Shown: positions 1-7,674 of the stretch, piece after piece
Layout: each line of letters starts with the position of its first letter
Position numbering within the stretch: the stretch's first letter is position 1
From: a virus
Taxonomy: Duplodnaviria > Caudoviricetes
Virus record (IMG/VR): IMGVR_UViG_3300048834_000244
Span: 1-59,310 of that record
Length of the DNA stretch: 59,310 bases
Reading direction: 5' to 3' (one strand)
Notes under the pieces: model-generated
Seen by the model: the letters and a program-made list of their open reading frames with translations, nothing else
What the model was told of the DNA's origin: nothing
Databases searched by the model: none
Translations under genes and position numbers: made by a program

Positions 1-285
1 GATGGTGAGGGTGGTTTTGTCGGTGGCATCTATCGCATGGCGCGAGAGATCGAAAGCCTACGCGCGTCCTCCGCCGCGAAAGACGCAGAGATAGCAGCCC
101 TCAAGAAGGAAGCGGCTGATGTCGTGAGGCCGTTTGCGAAGGCAGGCGAGCTATTCCCCGAACCGCAGTTCGACTTCGAGCAATGCATCTACAATCCTGC
201 GGCCGGCCCGGAATACGCGCTTGGCAGTAGCCACCTCCGAGCTGCCCGTTCCTTCCTCGACAAGTGGGAGGGGCGAGATGGTTGA
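1..285 (+). CDS. 3' part of mosaic accessory protein (allele of 58124-58963), 5'-truncated by window edge
   Basis: Same reading frame and sequence as the N-terminal part of the 58124 ORF (MAREIESLRASSAAKDAEIAALKKE), then a different module, then AARSFLDKWEG. Confidence 0.75.
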   Translation, partial: DGEGGFVGGIYRMAREIESLRASSAAKDAEIAALKKEAADVVRPFAKAGELFPEPQFDFEQCIYNPAAGPEYALGSSHLRAARSFLDKWEGRDG

Positions 286-790
286 GCCGCGCCTCATCGA
301 AGCAAACTGGAACACGAGTGGCGTCCAGTATCACGAATACACCTGCGTCGAGTGCGGGAAGTTGGGTCGAAACACCTATTTCGAGCCGCACCGCACCGAC
401 ATGCTCAACCGACGCCTTTGCTGGCACTGCAACTATTGGCGCGACTTCGAGGCTCGTCTTGAGCGTGACCATACCAGCATGACGATAATTGACGGTCACG
501 TATACGGACCCGGCAGCCGAACTAGCGGCTCATTTCGAGGCATGGCGGGACGGCGGTTCGACATCGAGTACATCCCGCCGTCAATCTATGCTGGCAAGCG
601 CGTGACCACCTTCGATCTGTGGTCCGGCTCGACACTCCCGGAGTATCTTCAGAAGCGGTTCCCGGACACAGCAAAATTCCTTGGCGGTGCAGAGAAGTGT
701 TCGCTCGACGGGGAGATAACGACTTGCTGGAACTCATCAGACCATCGAACGGAGCCGTATCCGCTCCCTCGCACGATAGGAATCAAGTGA
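278..790 (+). CDS. Hypothetical phage protein with two CxxC motifs
   Basis: GGGAGG RBS before ATG 278; CVEC and CWHC motifs; coupled to neighbouring genes. Confidence 0.75.
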   Translation: MVEPRLIEANWNTSGVQYHEYTCVECGKLGRNTYFEPHRTDMLNRRLCWHCNYWRDFEARLERDHTSMTIIDGHVYGPGSRTSGSFRGMAGRRFDIEYIPPSIYAGKRVTTFDLWSGSTLPEYLQKRFPDTAKFLGGAEKCSLDGEITTCWNSSDHRTEPYPLPRTIGIK

Positions 791-1137
791 TGATCGAGGT
801 CCGTCGCGTCGATAGCCTATTCGACGGCAGGCACCGCGCCGGGCGCTATCGCGTCTCGCCGCCTTCGGACCATCCGGCATCGGGTATGACCGTCACAGTT
901 GCCATGGGCGGAGGCGCGTACTCCACCCTCATCAACCCGCAGTCTTTCGAGAACGGCGGGCCAGAATGGGTCATGCGCTACGGCAACCCGGAATCCATCA
1001 GGTACACGGTCGCAGGTCTGCTTGAGGCTTACGACTACCTGCTTTCGGACAACATCAACATGAAAGAGGCAACGAGACGGCTACGCATTCTGCGTGCTGG
1101 CCGGCGCGATCTGGTGAAAGGAGGAGGGAATGGTTGA
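790..1137 (+). CDS. Hypothetical phage protein
   Basis: Start overlaps upstream stop (GTGATG); ends overlapping the RBS and start of the next gene. Confidence 0.7.
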   Translation: MIEVRRVDSLFDGRHRAGRYRVSPPSDHPASGMTVTVAMGGGAYSTLINPQSFENGGPEWVMRYGNPESIRYTVAGLLEAYDYLLSDNINMKEATRRLRILRAGRRDLVKGGGNG

Positions 1138-1582
1138 GCGGTTTGGGCTATTCGAGAACATCGGAGGCATTGGTCTGCGACTTGAGAAAGACGGAGAATG
1201 GGTCCGCCACTCCGACCACCTAGCCATTATCGGACGGATTGAAGACGATCGCACTGACGAGCATGTCCAATGGATGGCCGAACTCTCCGCCCTCAAGAAG
1301 CAGGTAGAGGAACTGACGGCGGAGCGGGATGATGCGCGCCAATATGCCGTTGAGGCCCGCCTTCGAGAGAACCAGGCAGAAGACAGACGCATCTCGGAAT
1401 CCTTTGCCCGCACCAAGGCTGAAGCCGAAGCAGCAGCGCTGCGGAAGGCGCTGGAGTTCTACGCGGATGTCAGCAAATACCCCGCGCCTCTGACGGGCGG
1501 CATGGGCGACCTATGGGCAGACTGCGGCCGGATCGCCCGATCCGCCCTTGCCTCTACCAGGGAGACGAGCGATGCAGGTTGA
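1130..1582 (+). CDS. Mosaic coiled-coil accessory protein (Ea22-like architecture)
   Basis: AGGAGG RBS; contains linker peptides [24 protein letters not shown] and [12 protein letters not shown], shared with the 58124 ORF. Confidence 0.8.
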   Translation: MVERFGLFENIGGIGLRLEKDGEWVRHSDHLAIIGRIEDDRTDEHVQWMAELSALKKQVEELTAERDDARQYAVEARLRENQAEDRRISESFARTKAEAEAAALRKALEFYADVSKYPAPLTGGMGDLWADCGRIARSALASTRETSDAG

Positions 1583-2054
1583 TGAGAAGGCGCTGAAGTA
1601 CGCCTATGACGCCGGCCGCGATTACGTCATGGACATGGACGACCGCACGAAGCAAATGATCCGCGTCTGCGTTCGCGCCTATCTCTCAGCCCTTGGCGAG
1701 CAGAAGCCGATCGCCTTCGTCTCGAAGCGAGTCATTGATGCTCTCGACGTCAACGGCACCGAGATAGTCGACGCTATGCTTTTCCCAAGAGGCACGCTTC
1801 GGCCAACCGAGGCACGCCCCCTCTACGCCTCTCCTCTCCCCGTCATGCCTATCACGGATGAGGACGTGGAGCGCCGGTTCAAACTCGACGACCGTGTCAC
1901 GAAAACCAAGGGCTCGTCATGGACAGGCCGTGTCGTCGGCTTCTACAGCACGACGCTGACGCCCATCGGCTACGCCGTCGAAAGCGAGAATGAACCCGGC
2001 AGCGTCCAGATTTATCCGGAAGCCGCGCTCGACGCCGCTGGCGGGAGGGGATAA
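1572..2054 (+). CDS. dfrB: Fusion protein with C-terminal DfrB (R67, type II dihydrofolate reductase) SH3-like domain
   Basis: [51 protein letters not shown] matches the R67 DHFR core including the VQIY active-site motif; GGAG RBS before ATG 1572. Confidence 0.88.
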   Translation: MQVDEKALKYAYDAGRDYVMDMDDRTKQMIRVCVRAYLSALGEQKPIAFVSKRVIDALDVNGTEIVDAMLFPRGTLRPTEARPLYASPLPVMPITDEDVERRFKLDDRVTKTKGSSWTGRVVGFYSTTLTPIGYAVESENEPGSVQIYPEAALDAAGGRG

Positions 2055-2233
2055 TGCGATCACTCTGCAACCCTAACCGCTTCCTCCGATCAATCCAGCA
2101 TTGGTATTGGGGAAACCCGCAACCGACACAGGCTTACAAGCGCAGGATAGCGGCTTCGTTCTTCACGAGTACGAACAAAGCACGCCGGAAGGTGCCCAAG
2201 CGGGTATTCACAATACTCAGGAGCCGCCCATGA
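2054..2233 (+). CDS. Small hypothetical protein (59 aa)
   Basis: TAATG and ATGA coupling at both ends; below the ORF-track cutoff. Confidence 0.5.
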   Translation: MRSLCNPNRFLRSIQHWYWGNPQPTQAYKRRIAASFFTSTNKARRKVPKRVFTILRSRP

Positions 2234-2481
2234 CGCCGGCTGAGATCATAGCGCGGGCAACGTCTGAGGCATTCGAGCGCGTCGCGCAATGGCACGACAA
2301 GAACGCGCGCCTGTGTCTTGAAGTGTCGAGAGACGATCCGCGCCTCAATGCCGATGACAGGCGTAGGGCTTTCGAGGCTCACCGTCATCATGCAGCGAGC
2401 GCGGCGGCCATCCGGAACAAACTCTCGGACGAACGCCGGGCCGCCATCCGAGCCCTCGCCGATGGAGGCGGAAGTGAGTAG
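2230..2481 (+). CDS. Hypothetical phage protein
   Basis: AGGAG RBS, ATG 2230 (MTPAEIIARA). Confidence 0.65.
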   Translation: MTPAEIIARATSEAFERVAQWHDKNARLCLEVSRDDPRLNADDRRRAFEAHRHHAASAAAIRNKLSDERRAAIRALADGGGSE

Positions 2482-2659
2482 GGCGCTGCCGCTCAAGCAG
2501 GGGCAAATCATCGCACTCTGCAAGGGCGCGAAGAAGGCCGGGCACGTCCCGGTCGTGGAAATCGACGGGGTTCGCGTGCTGCTTGTCCCCGCTAATCACG
2601 ATATCCTCAAGTCGGCCGAAATCAAACGAGTTGACGAGAAGGGTAAGGGCTACCTCTGA
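2474..2659 (+). CDS. Putative excisionase / recombination directionality factor
   Basis: Small basic ORF with GTG start and GGAGG RBS, directly upstream of and coupled to the integrase; positional inference. Confidence 0.55.
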   Translation: MSRALPLKQGQIIALCKGAKKAGHVPVVEIDGVRVLLVPANHDILKSAEIKRVDEKGKGYL

Positions 2660-3747
2660 TGGAGGACATGCCGCGCCCACGGAAGCCCTATATCCAGAAG
2701 GAGGTCACTCGCCACGGCAAGATCGTGTGGTACTTCCGGCGAGGCAAGGAGCCGCGTGTCCGCCTGCCCGGAGCGTTTGGGTCGAAGGACTTCAATGAGG
2801 CCTACGCTGCCGCATTTGCTGGTTTAGAGCCAAAGCCACGTGTTTTCGCGCCGCAGCCGTCTCTCCGCTGGCTGGTTGACCGATACTACGAAAGCCCGAG
2901 ATTCAACGCGCTCCGCCCGAATACCCAGCGGAACTACAGGCTGGAGCTGGAGCGCGTCTGCAAAACCGGCGGCTCGCTCAATTTTGCGAAGATCGATACT
3001 GACGATATCCGCGCCGGCATGATGCGGCGCGAGAATCGCCCTCATATGGTCGCCGAATACGTCAAGGCCATGCGCGCCCTGTTCCGTTTCGCCAAAGACA
3101 GCAAATGGATCGGCGCGAATCCGACCGAAGACATCACGTCGGTGCACGTGAAAACGGCGGGCTACCACACATGGACCGTCGAGGAAGTCGAGAGATATCA
3201 GGCGAAGCATCCTGTCGGCACGCAAGCCCGGCTTGCTCTCGACATCATGCTCTATACGGGTCTGAGACGTGGCGATGCGATCACTCTCGGCCGCCAGCAT
3301 GTTCGCGGCGGAACAATCAGCATTCGGGCCGGGAAGAACGGTGCGGAAATCGTGCTCCCCATCCTCCCGCCCCTTGCCGCATCCATTGAGGCCACGAAGA
3401 CAGGCGACATGGTGTTCCTGGTGAACACGCGAGGGCGCCCGTGGAAGAATATCAGCTTCGGTTACTGGTTCGCCGCACGGTGCGAGGAAGCCAAGGTTCC
3501 CGGACGCGCGCATGGGTTGCGGAAGGCCGGCGCAACCATCGCGGCGAACAACGGGGCGACGCCATTTGAGCTGACCGCGATGTACGGATGGTCCTCAACG
3601 AAGGTCGCCGAAATCTACACTCAGAAGGCCGACAAAGTGCGTCTGGCGGAACGCGCCGCGAACAAGCTATACCCGCACCCGGCCAAAGGTGCGGGGAATG
3701 CACCGCCGAAACCATTGAAAATAAAGGCCTCTCGGCAGCGGCATTAA
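2659..3747 (+). CDS. int: Tyrosine recombinase / phage integrase
   Basis: TGLRRGD (R), AHGLRK (HxxR), YGW and EIYT catalytic motifs; N-terminal arm-binding-like region. Confidence 0.95.
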   Translation: MEDMPRPRKPYIQKEVTRHGKIVWYFRRGKEPRVRLPGAFGSKDFNEAYAAAFAGLEPKPRVFAPQPSLRWLVDRYYESPRFNALRPNTQRNYRLELERVCKTGGSLNFAKIDTDDIRAGMMRRENRPHMVAEYVKAMRALFRFAKDSKWIGANPTEDITSVHVKTAGYHTWTVEEVERYQAKHPVGTQARLALDIMLYTGLRRGDAITLGRQHVRGGTISIRAGKNGAEIVLPILPPLAASIEATKTGDMVFLVNTRGRPWKNISFGYWFAARCEEAKVPGRAHGLRKAGATIAANNGATPFELTAMYGWSSTKVAEIYTQKADKVRLAERAANKLYPHPAKGAGNAPPKPLKIKASRQRH

Positions 3748-3889
3748 CCATCCGTTATTGTGAAAACCGATAGCCATATACCGTCACGATATCAATGCCA
3801 TAGCATTCATCTTTACCCGCACCGAAACGGCGAAAACATCCCGTTTTTTTCGTTGAAGTCCTTGAAGAATTTCGCGCGATGCCCGCACT
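3670..3889. promoter_or_regulatory. Putative attP region with arm-type repeats
   Basis: TACCCGCACC at 3670-3679 and 3814-3823, inverted GGTGCGGG 3688-3695, CCCGCACT 3882-3889; AT-rich IHF-like AAACCATTGAAAATAAA; adjacent to int. Confidence 0.55.
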
Positions 3890-3920
3890 TTTCCGGCCTT
3901 ATGTATCAAAGGCACCAAGC

Positions 3921-4055
3921 TCACTTGTGGCAGTCAAGGTGCTTTGCGATGCACGCTCTGCCGCAGGGCTTTCCCTTCTTGCAGAACCAACTTGCATCGC
4001 ACGCTGCCAGCGGGAATGTGATGGCCAGCGCCATTATCACGCTTAATACCCGCAT
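3921..4055 (-). CDS. Small Cys-rich lipoprotein (44 aa)
   Basis: MRVLSVIMALAITFPLAAC lipobox followed by CKKGKPCGRACIAKHLDCHK; not in the ORF track. Confidence 0.65.
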   Translation of the reverse strand: MRVLSVIMALAITFPLAACDASWFCKKGKPCGRACIAKHLDCHK

Positions 4056-4061
4056 CTTGGT

Positions 4062-4454
4062 TTACCCCTGTTCGTCCTCAATGGCTTGGTGAACATTGAA
4101 CACAATGTAGCCGCGCGGCTCGTCGTTCACGATCTGGACGAAGGCATCCACCACAAACGTGCTCGTCATGGGGTTTACATCCTTCGTCATGTGTTCCTTC
4201 AAGTCTCTGTAGCCCTTCCTGAAATAGACCGGCAGCGCCTTATCGGAAACTTCCGGGATGACGCCTCTATCGCCCGTCCGGCCCTTCTCCTTACCGGGGC
4301 CGCGATTGGCTTGGTCCATGAAAAGCATCACTTCGTGAAGCGTTTTCGTCGTGGGGCTTTCCGGGGACGGGAGAAGCGGTGGCTCTGCCAATGCCGCGTC
4401 GATGTTGATCGCCGCACGATTCAATTCGGTCTCGTCAAAGGTATACTCGATCAC
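4062..4454 (-). pseudogene. Probably 5'-truncated hypothetical protein
   Basis: Protein-like C-terminal region; no RBS; abuts head-to-head with the DUF3800 fragment at 4455. Confidence 0.45.
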
Positions 4455-4455
4455 G

Positions 4456-4620
4456 GTGAAGTCCGTCCGCTTCAGTGACTCCAAGAACGATCGCATGGTG
4501 CAGCTGGCGGATATGTGCGCGGGCGCTATCGCGCGTTCACAAAGACCGGACCGCACCGACGCTCGCCGCTGGCATCAGATGATAGGTCGTAAAATCGATG
4601 ATATCTGGAATTTCGGATAG
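4456..4620 (+). pseudogene. C-terminal remnant of a DUF3800-family protein
   Basis: VKSVRFSDSKNDRMVQLADMCAGAIARS matches the DS..QLAD..AGAI C-terminal signature; N-terminal part absent. Confidence 0.65.
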
Positions 4621-4715
4621 GGGTGCGCCCCACCTGCCTAGTCCAGCGATTGCTGAACACGCACGCCATCCGGCGACAATTCGGCGAGGCAGGGCGACTT
4701 TTCGATATCTAATAT
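4621..4715 (+). ncRNA. Candidate DUF3800-associated structured RNA
   Basis: Closing stem CCTGCCT 4633-4639 / AGGCAGG 4687-4693 encloses hairpins CAGC-gatt-GCTG and CGCC-atcc-GGCG; lies directly 3' of the DUF3800 stop. Confidence 0.5.
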
Positions 4716-4959
4716 AGCGTACGGCGCTAAAATCGCAACGCCCTTGTCGGCATCGTGATTTGCGAGGTCGATGGGAAGCCTGGGGCAAATGGGTGAGCGG
4801 GTCCGCAAGCACATGCTTCTCCCATTGCAAGAGGCTGCATTCTGGCGGACCAGACTACGATCCCTTCTCAATGACCGTAGCCGAGATTATCGAAGAATCG
4901 AAATTCTACCGGCATCCGAAGACCGGCGATCCTAAGGGATATGGTCGAATTTGGAGGCC

Positions 4960-4986
4960 GTAATAAGAAGCGGCCCTTACGGGCCG
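4960..4986 (-). terminator. Rho-independent terminator
   Basis: GCGGCCC-gtaa-GGGCCGC followed by TTCTTATT on the minus strand. Confidence 0.6.
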
Positions 4987-5052
4987 CCCAAGCAATTCCG
5001 CTTGTCCCTCCAGCTTGGCGCTGGATTGACAGAAGTATAGGAAAAAAGACTC

Positions 5053-5382
5053 CTATTTGCAAGAGTTGTTCCGCTTCCGTAACGATCCTTTCCACAAAGG
5101 AAGCGTCAACTGAACCGGCTTTCGATGATACTCCTGTTTCGCGTCAAGCAGGTTGGCGATAAGTGAGGCGACGGCCTTTCGCGCCAAGCAACGCCGTAAC
5201 AGCGCGGGCCATGTCTTCGACGCCAAGCGCCGAACGGTTCGAATAATGGCTGGCGCGTCCGGGCCGAACCTGTCCCGCATGCGCTTCAGATTGAGCGTGG
5301 CGTTATGGTTGCATGCCGGGTTGTGACAGTACGCGGTGACCGTCATCCTGTCGTCGATGAGGCTCTGGAAGGTCCAAGCCAT
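5053..5382 (-). CDS. Hypothetical protein with Cys/His motif, possibly chimeric
   Basis: MAWTFQSLIDDRMTVTAYCHNPACNH; GAGAGG RBS. Confidence 0.45.
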   Translation of the reverse strand: MAWTFQSLIDDRMTVTAYCHNPACNHNATLNLKRMRDRFGPDAPAIIRTVRRLASKTWPALLRRCLARKAVASLIANLLDAKQEYHRKPVQLTLPLWKGSLRKRNNSCK

Positions 5383-5430
5383 TGCCCGACCTCTCGCTGG
5401 TTCCGACTGGAAGCTTAGCAGACGATCCTG

Positions 5431-5470
5431 AAAACAAAAAGCCGCCGACCACCCACGGGCAGCCGGCGGC
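5431..5470 (-). terminator. Terminator at end of late/lysis operon
   Basis: GCCGCCGGCTGCCC...GGTGGTCGGCGGC stem followed by TTTTTGTTTT on the minus strand. Confidence 0.75.
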
Positions 5471-5534
5471 AAATGGTGGGGTAAGCCCTGTATCGCGACA
5501 GGTGGCGCATCCGCCCGGAATGGGCTGGATAGGG

Positions 5535-5912
5535 TCAGCCGCTTCGTAGCAAGCGCATGATGACGTCCCACCAATAGGCGAGAAACCCAACGACGGCGCT
5601 CGATATGGCGGCCGACGCTATGCCGACGACGAGCAGCGCGCCCTTCCCTTGCGCCTTCCAGAGCTTCACCTCGTCGGTGACAGCCTTGGTATCGGCGACC
5701 GTCACCTTCAGCGCGGTCATATCGGTTTTGACTTCGCCAACCTCGTCGGCGATTTCCTCGACGCGCTTGTGAATCGCAGAGCGATGTTCGGCGGCCTTGT
5801 CGCTCGTGTCGAGCGCATTCTGGTCGGCCCGGTCTATCTTCTGGCCAAGGTTCTTGACCTCGGCCCTGAGCTCCCCGATTGCCTCGGAGATGTCGTCAAG
5901 TTTCGTGGCCAT
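5535..5912 (-). CDS. Coiled-coil membrane protein of the lysis module (DUF1515/holin-like)
   Basis: Coiled-coil N-terminus and a C-terminal TM helix; last gene of the lysis cluster. Confidence 0.65.
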   Translation of the reverse strand: MATKLDDISEAIGELRAEVKNLGQKIDRADQNALDTSDKAAEHRSAIHKRVEEIADEVGEVKTDMTALKVTVADTKAVTDEVKLWKAQGKGALLVVGIASAAISSAVVGFLAYWWDVIMRLLRSG

Positions 5913-5935
5913 GCCCGCCCTTCCCGAATGCACTG

Positions 5936-6019
5936 TCAGATGAGAGAGAACATCGTCGCCGCGATGATGCCGATGGCGACGACGTAGACGGCGAAGATGA
6001 GCAGCCAGTCGCGGATCAT
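5936..6019 (-). CDS. Small single-TM peptide (27 aa)
   Basis: MIRDWLLIFAVYVVAIGIIAATMFSLI. Confidence 0.35.
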   Translation of the reverse strand: MIRDWLLIFAVYVVAIGIIAATMFSLI

Positions 6020-6064
6020 GGCCGCCATCCGCAGAGGAAGAGGTCGATCATGGCGTTCGCCCCA

Positions 6065-6167
6065 TTGAGCCTGCATGATTTTGTGAGTACAAATAGCGAA
6101 CCCGCCGAGCGTTCCAGCGCTGCGACGGGTTCTAACCAAGCCAACCTGTAAGGAGGTCGAAATGGCT
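6065..6167 (+). promoter_or_regulatory. HNH leader copy 1: sigma70 promoter plus two hairpins
   Basis: TTGAGC-17-TACAAA; GAACCCG/CGGGTTC stem; AGCCAACCT-gtaagg-AGGTcgaaaTGGCT hairpin over SD and ATG. Confidence 0.7.
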
Positions 6168-6866
6168 ACTTCCCGAATATGCTCGATTCCCGGTTGCAGC
6201 AAGGCTGCTAGGTCACGCGGATGGTGTCGTGCCCATTATGAGCGCTGGCGACGAAATGGTTCCCCTACAGCGCGGGGACGTGGCAACTCAAAAAGAAACA
6301 CTGCGGTACGCTTGCTTTGCGAGACGTGCGGCAGTGGCTACCATCCGTGGGCTGGTCGCGAGACCACATCGAGAACTTGCAGCCGCCAATGCAACGGACA
6401 GATATCCAAACAGGGAAACTCCTATCAATCATCTGACTTCGACCGGCTTATCGACCAGTCTGATGGTTGTTGGATTTGGAAGGGGCCATTACGCGAGGAT
6501 GGTTACGGCGAATTCTTTATCGCGGGCCGGCGCTTTCGCGCGCATCGATATTCTTTCGAGCGGCAGTATGGCCCTATACCGTTAGGGCTATTTGTCTGCC
6601 ATCGCTGCGACAATCCCTCCTGCGTGAATCCGGATCACCTGTTTGCCGGAACGCAACGCGAGAATATGCAGGATATGGCCGCGAAGGGGAGGCACGGCGG
6701 GCCAGATTTGCGGGGCGAAGCCCACCCAATGGCTCGGATCACCAGGGAAGTTGCCCAAGCCATCCGCGTTGACTTGAGACCTGCAAAGGATGTCTCCGCT
6801 CAGTACGGCGTCAGCAAATCCCTAGTTTGGGCGATCAGAAGTGGCAGGTTGTGGAACGGCACCTAG
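6162..6866 (+). CDS. HNH homing endonuclease
   Basis: CSIPGC...RGWCRAHY N-terminal Zn motif; VCHRCDNPSCVNPDHL HNH core; C-terminal HTH. Confidence 0.92.
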   Translation: MATSRICSIPGCSKAARSRGWCRAHYERWRRNGSPTARGRGNSKRNTAVRLLCETCGSGYHPWAGRETTSRTCSRQCNGQISKQGNSYQSSDFDRLIDQSDGCWIWKGPLREDGYGEFFIAGRRFRAHRYSFERQYGPIPLGLFVCHRCDNPSCVNPDHLFAGTQRENMQDMAAKGRHGGPDLRGEAHPMARITREVAQAIRVDLRPAKDVSAQYGVSKSLVWAIRSGRLWNGT

Positions 6867-7054
6867 GTCGACGGCCAGTGACATAATTTTTCCCCGGTCT
6901 TGAGATACGCGAGGTGCCGCGCGGCTTCTGCGTCGGTCATCGCGTCGTAGACAGGCTGGCTGTACTTCAACTGCGGCGCGATCTGGCAAAAGCTGCCGGA
7001 CGTTGTGGAGCAGCCGGCGAACATCAAAGCGGCGAGGATGACGGCGGCTTTCAT
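6863..7054 (-). CDS. Outer-membrane lipoprotein, o-spanin (Rz1-like)
   Basis: Lipobox FAGC; downstream of a TM/coiled-coil gene in the lysis cassette. Confidence 0.75.
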   Translation of the reverse strand: MKAAVILAALMFAGCSTTSGSFCQIAPQLKYSQPVYDAMTDAEAARHLAYLKTGEKLCHWPST

Positions 7055-7284
7055 TTCGCGGCCCTCTTGGAAAGCTCGTCACGCACCTTGTCGGGCGGGA
7101 GCATGGAGACGTCGTTGACGACCTGATCGCGGATATCCCGCGCTTCCAGTTCGGCTTCGGCCTGTTTCGCCTTCTCAGCCTTCTTCCCTGAGGCATAGGC
7201 CCGCCAGAGCATCAGCCCGGCGCCGCCCGCCGCCAGCAGATACGGCCACAGGTGTTCGATGAGGGAGAGGACGAGCGTGGTCAT
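7051..7284 (-). CDS. i-spanin (Rz-like)
   Basis: N-terminal TM followed by charged helix; ATGA-coupled to the lipoprotein. Confidence 0.7.
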   Translation of the reverse strand: MTTLVLSLIEHLWPYLLAAGGAGLMLWRAYASGKKAEKAKQAEAELEARDIRDQVVNDVSMLPPDKVRDELSKRAAK

Positions 7285-7493
7285 GTCAGCACCGCCCACA
7301 CGAGCCACGCGATCACGGCAAGCAGCGCCGCAACCAGATATCCGCACAGTTCCATGAGAGCGCCGCCGGCATCTGGGAACATGCTGCCGCGATTTGGCTG
7401 CATCCTCACGCCGAAGAATCTCCAGCCTACGAGCAGTGCTATGGTTATCATGGCTGGAACAAGCCACCAGCCGAGAGAGAGCGTGAACGTCAT
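7281..7493 (-). CDS. Two-TM membrane protein
   Basis: Two hydrophobic helices; GGGAG RBS. Confidence 0.65.
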   Translation of the reverse strand: MTFTLSLGWWLVPAMITIALLVGWRFFGVRMQPNRGSMFPDAGGALMELCGYLVAALLAVIAWLVWAVLT

Positions 7494-7494
7494 G

Positions 7495-7557
7495 TCAGCG
7501 CTCCCATCCAAGCTTGCGCGCCAGCGCGTAGAATAGATGCGAAACAGCAGCCGCCAT
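7495..7557 (-). pseudogene. Mini-ORF / relic homologous to the holin C-terminus
   Basis: MAAAVSHLFYALARKLGWER resembles GAANELWYWAAKRFGWTT at the end of 8282-8485; has its own GGAGG RBS. Confidence 0.55.
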
Positions 7558-7569
7558 AAGCGCCTCCGT

Positions 7570-7674
7570 TTGATTTAATGTGTTGATTCAGCTACAAAAA
7601 GCGAACGCGCCGGATGCTGGACACATCGCGGCGCGCTCTAACCAGCGCAACCTGTAAGGAGGTCGAGATGGCTG
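7570..7674 (+). promoter_or_regulatory. HNH leader copy 2
   Basis: TTGATT-17-TACAAA; GAACGCGCCGGATG...CATCGCGGCGCGCTC hairpin; SD-sequestering hairpin. Confidence 0.75.

Larger units (their letters stand above)
1..1941. repeat. Allele A of a mosaic locus; shares 7 conserved blocks with 58226-59310
   Basis: 1-137=58226-58362 (1 SNP); 244-280~58427-58462; 1289-1324=58568-58603; 1421-1453=58802-58834; 1542-1595~58923-58976; 1676-1709~59060-59093; 1815-1941=59184-59310. Confidence 0.95.

Noticed and set aside
1-1941. Diversity-generating retroelement, shufflon or integron explanation for the A/B repeats
   Set aside because: No reverse transcriptase, no adenine-specific mismatch pattern, no inverted sfx-like sites and no attC hairpins; the linkers differ from one another and are in direct orientation.
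1572-2054. Clinical antibiotic-resistance cassette
   Set aside because: No integron, attC or transposon context; it is a domain fusion in a phage early operon and resistance is untested.
4760-5095. Short ORFs 4760-4963 and 4868-5095
   Set aside because: No clear starts or recognisable motifs; probably debris in the decayed moron region.
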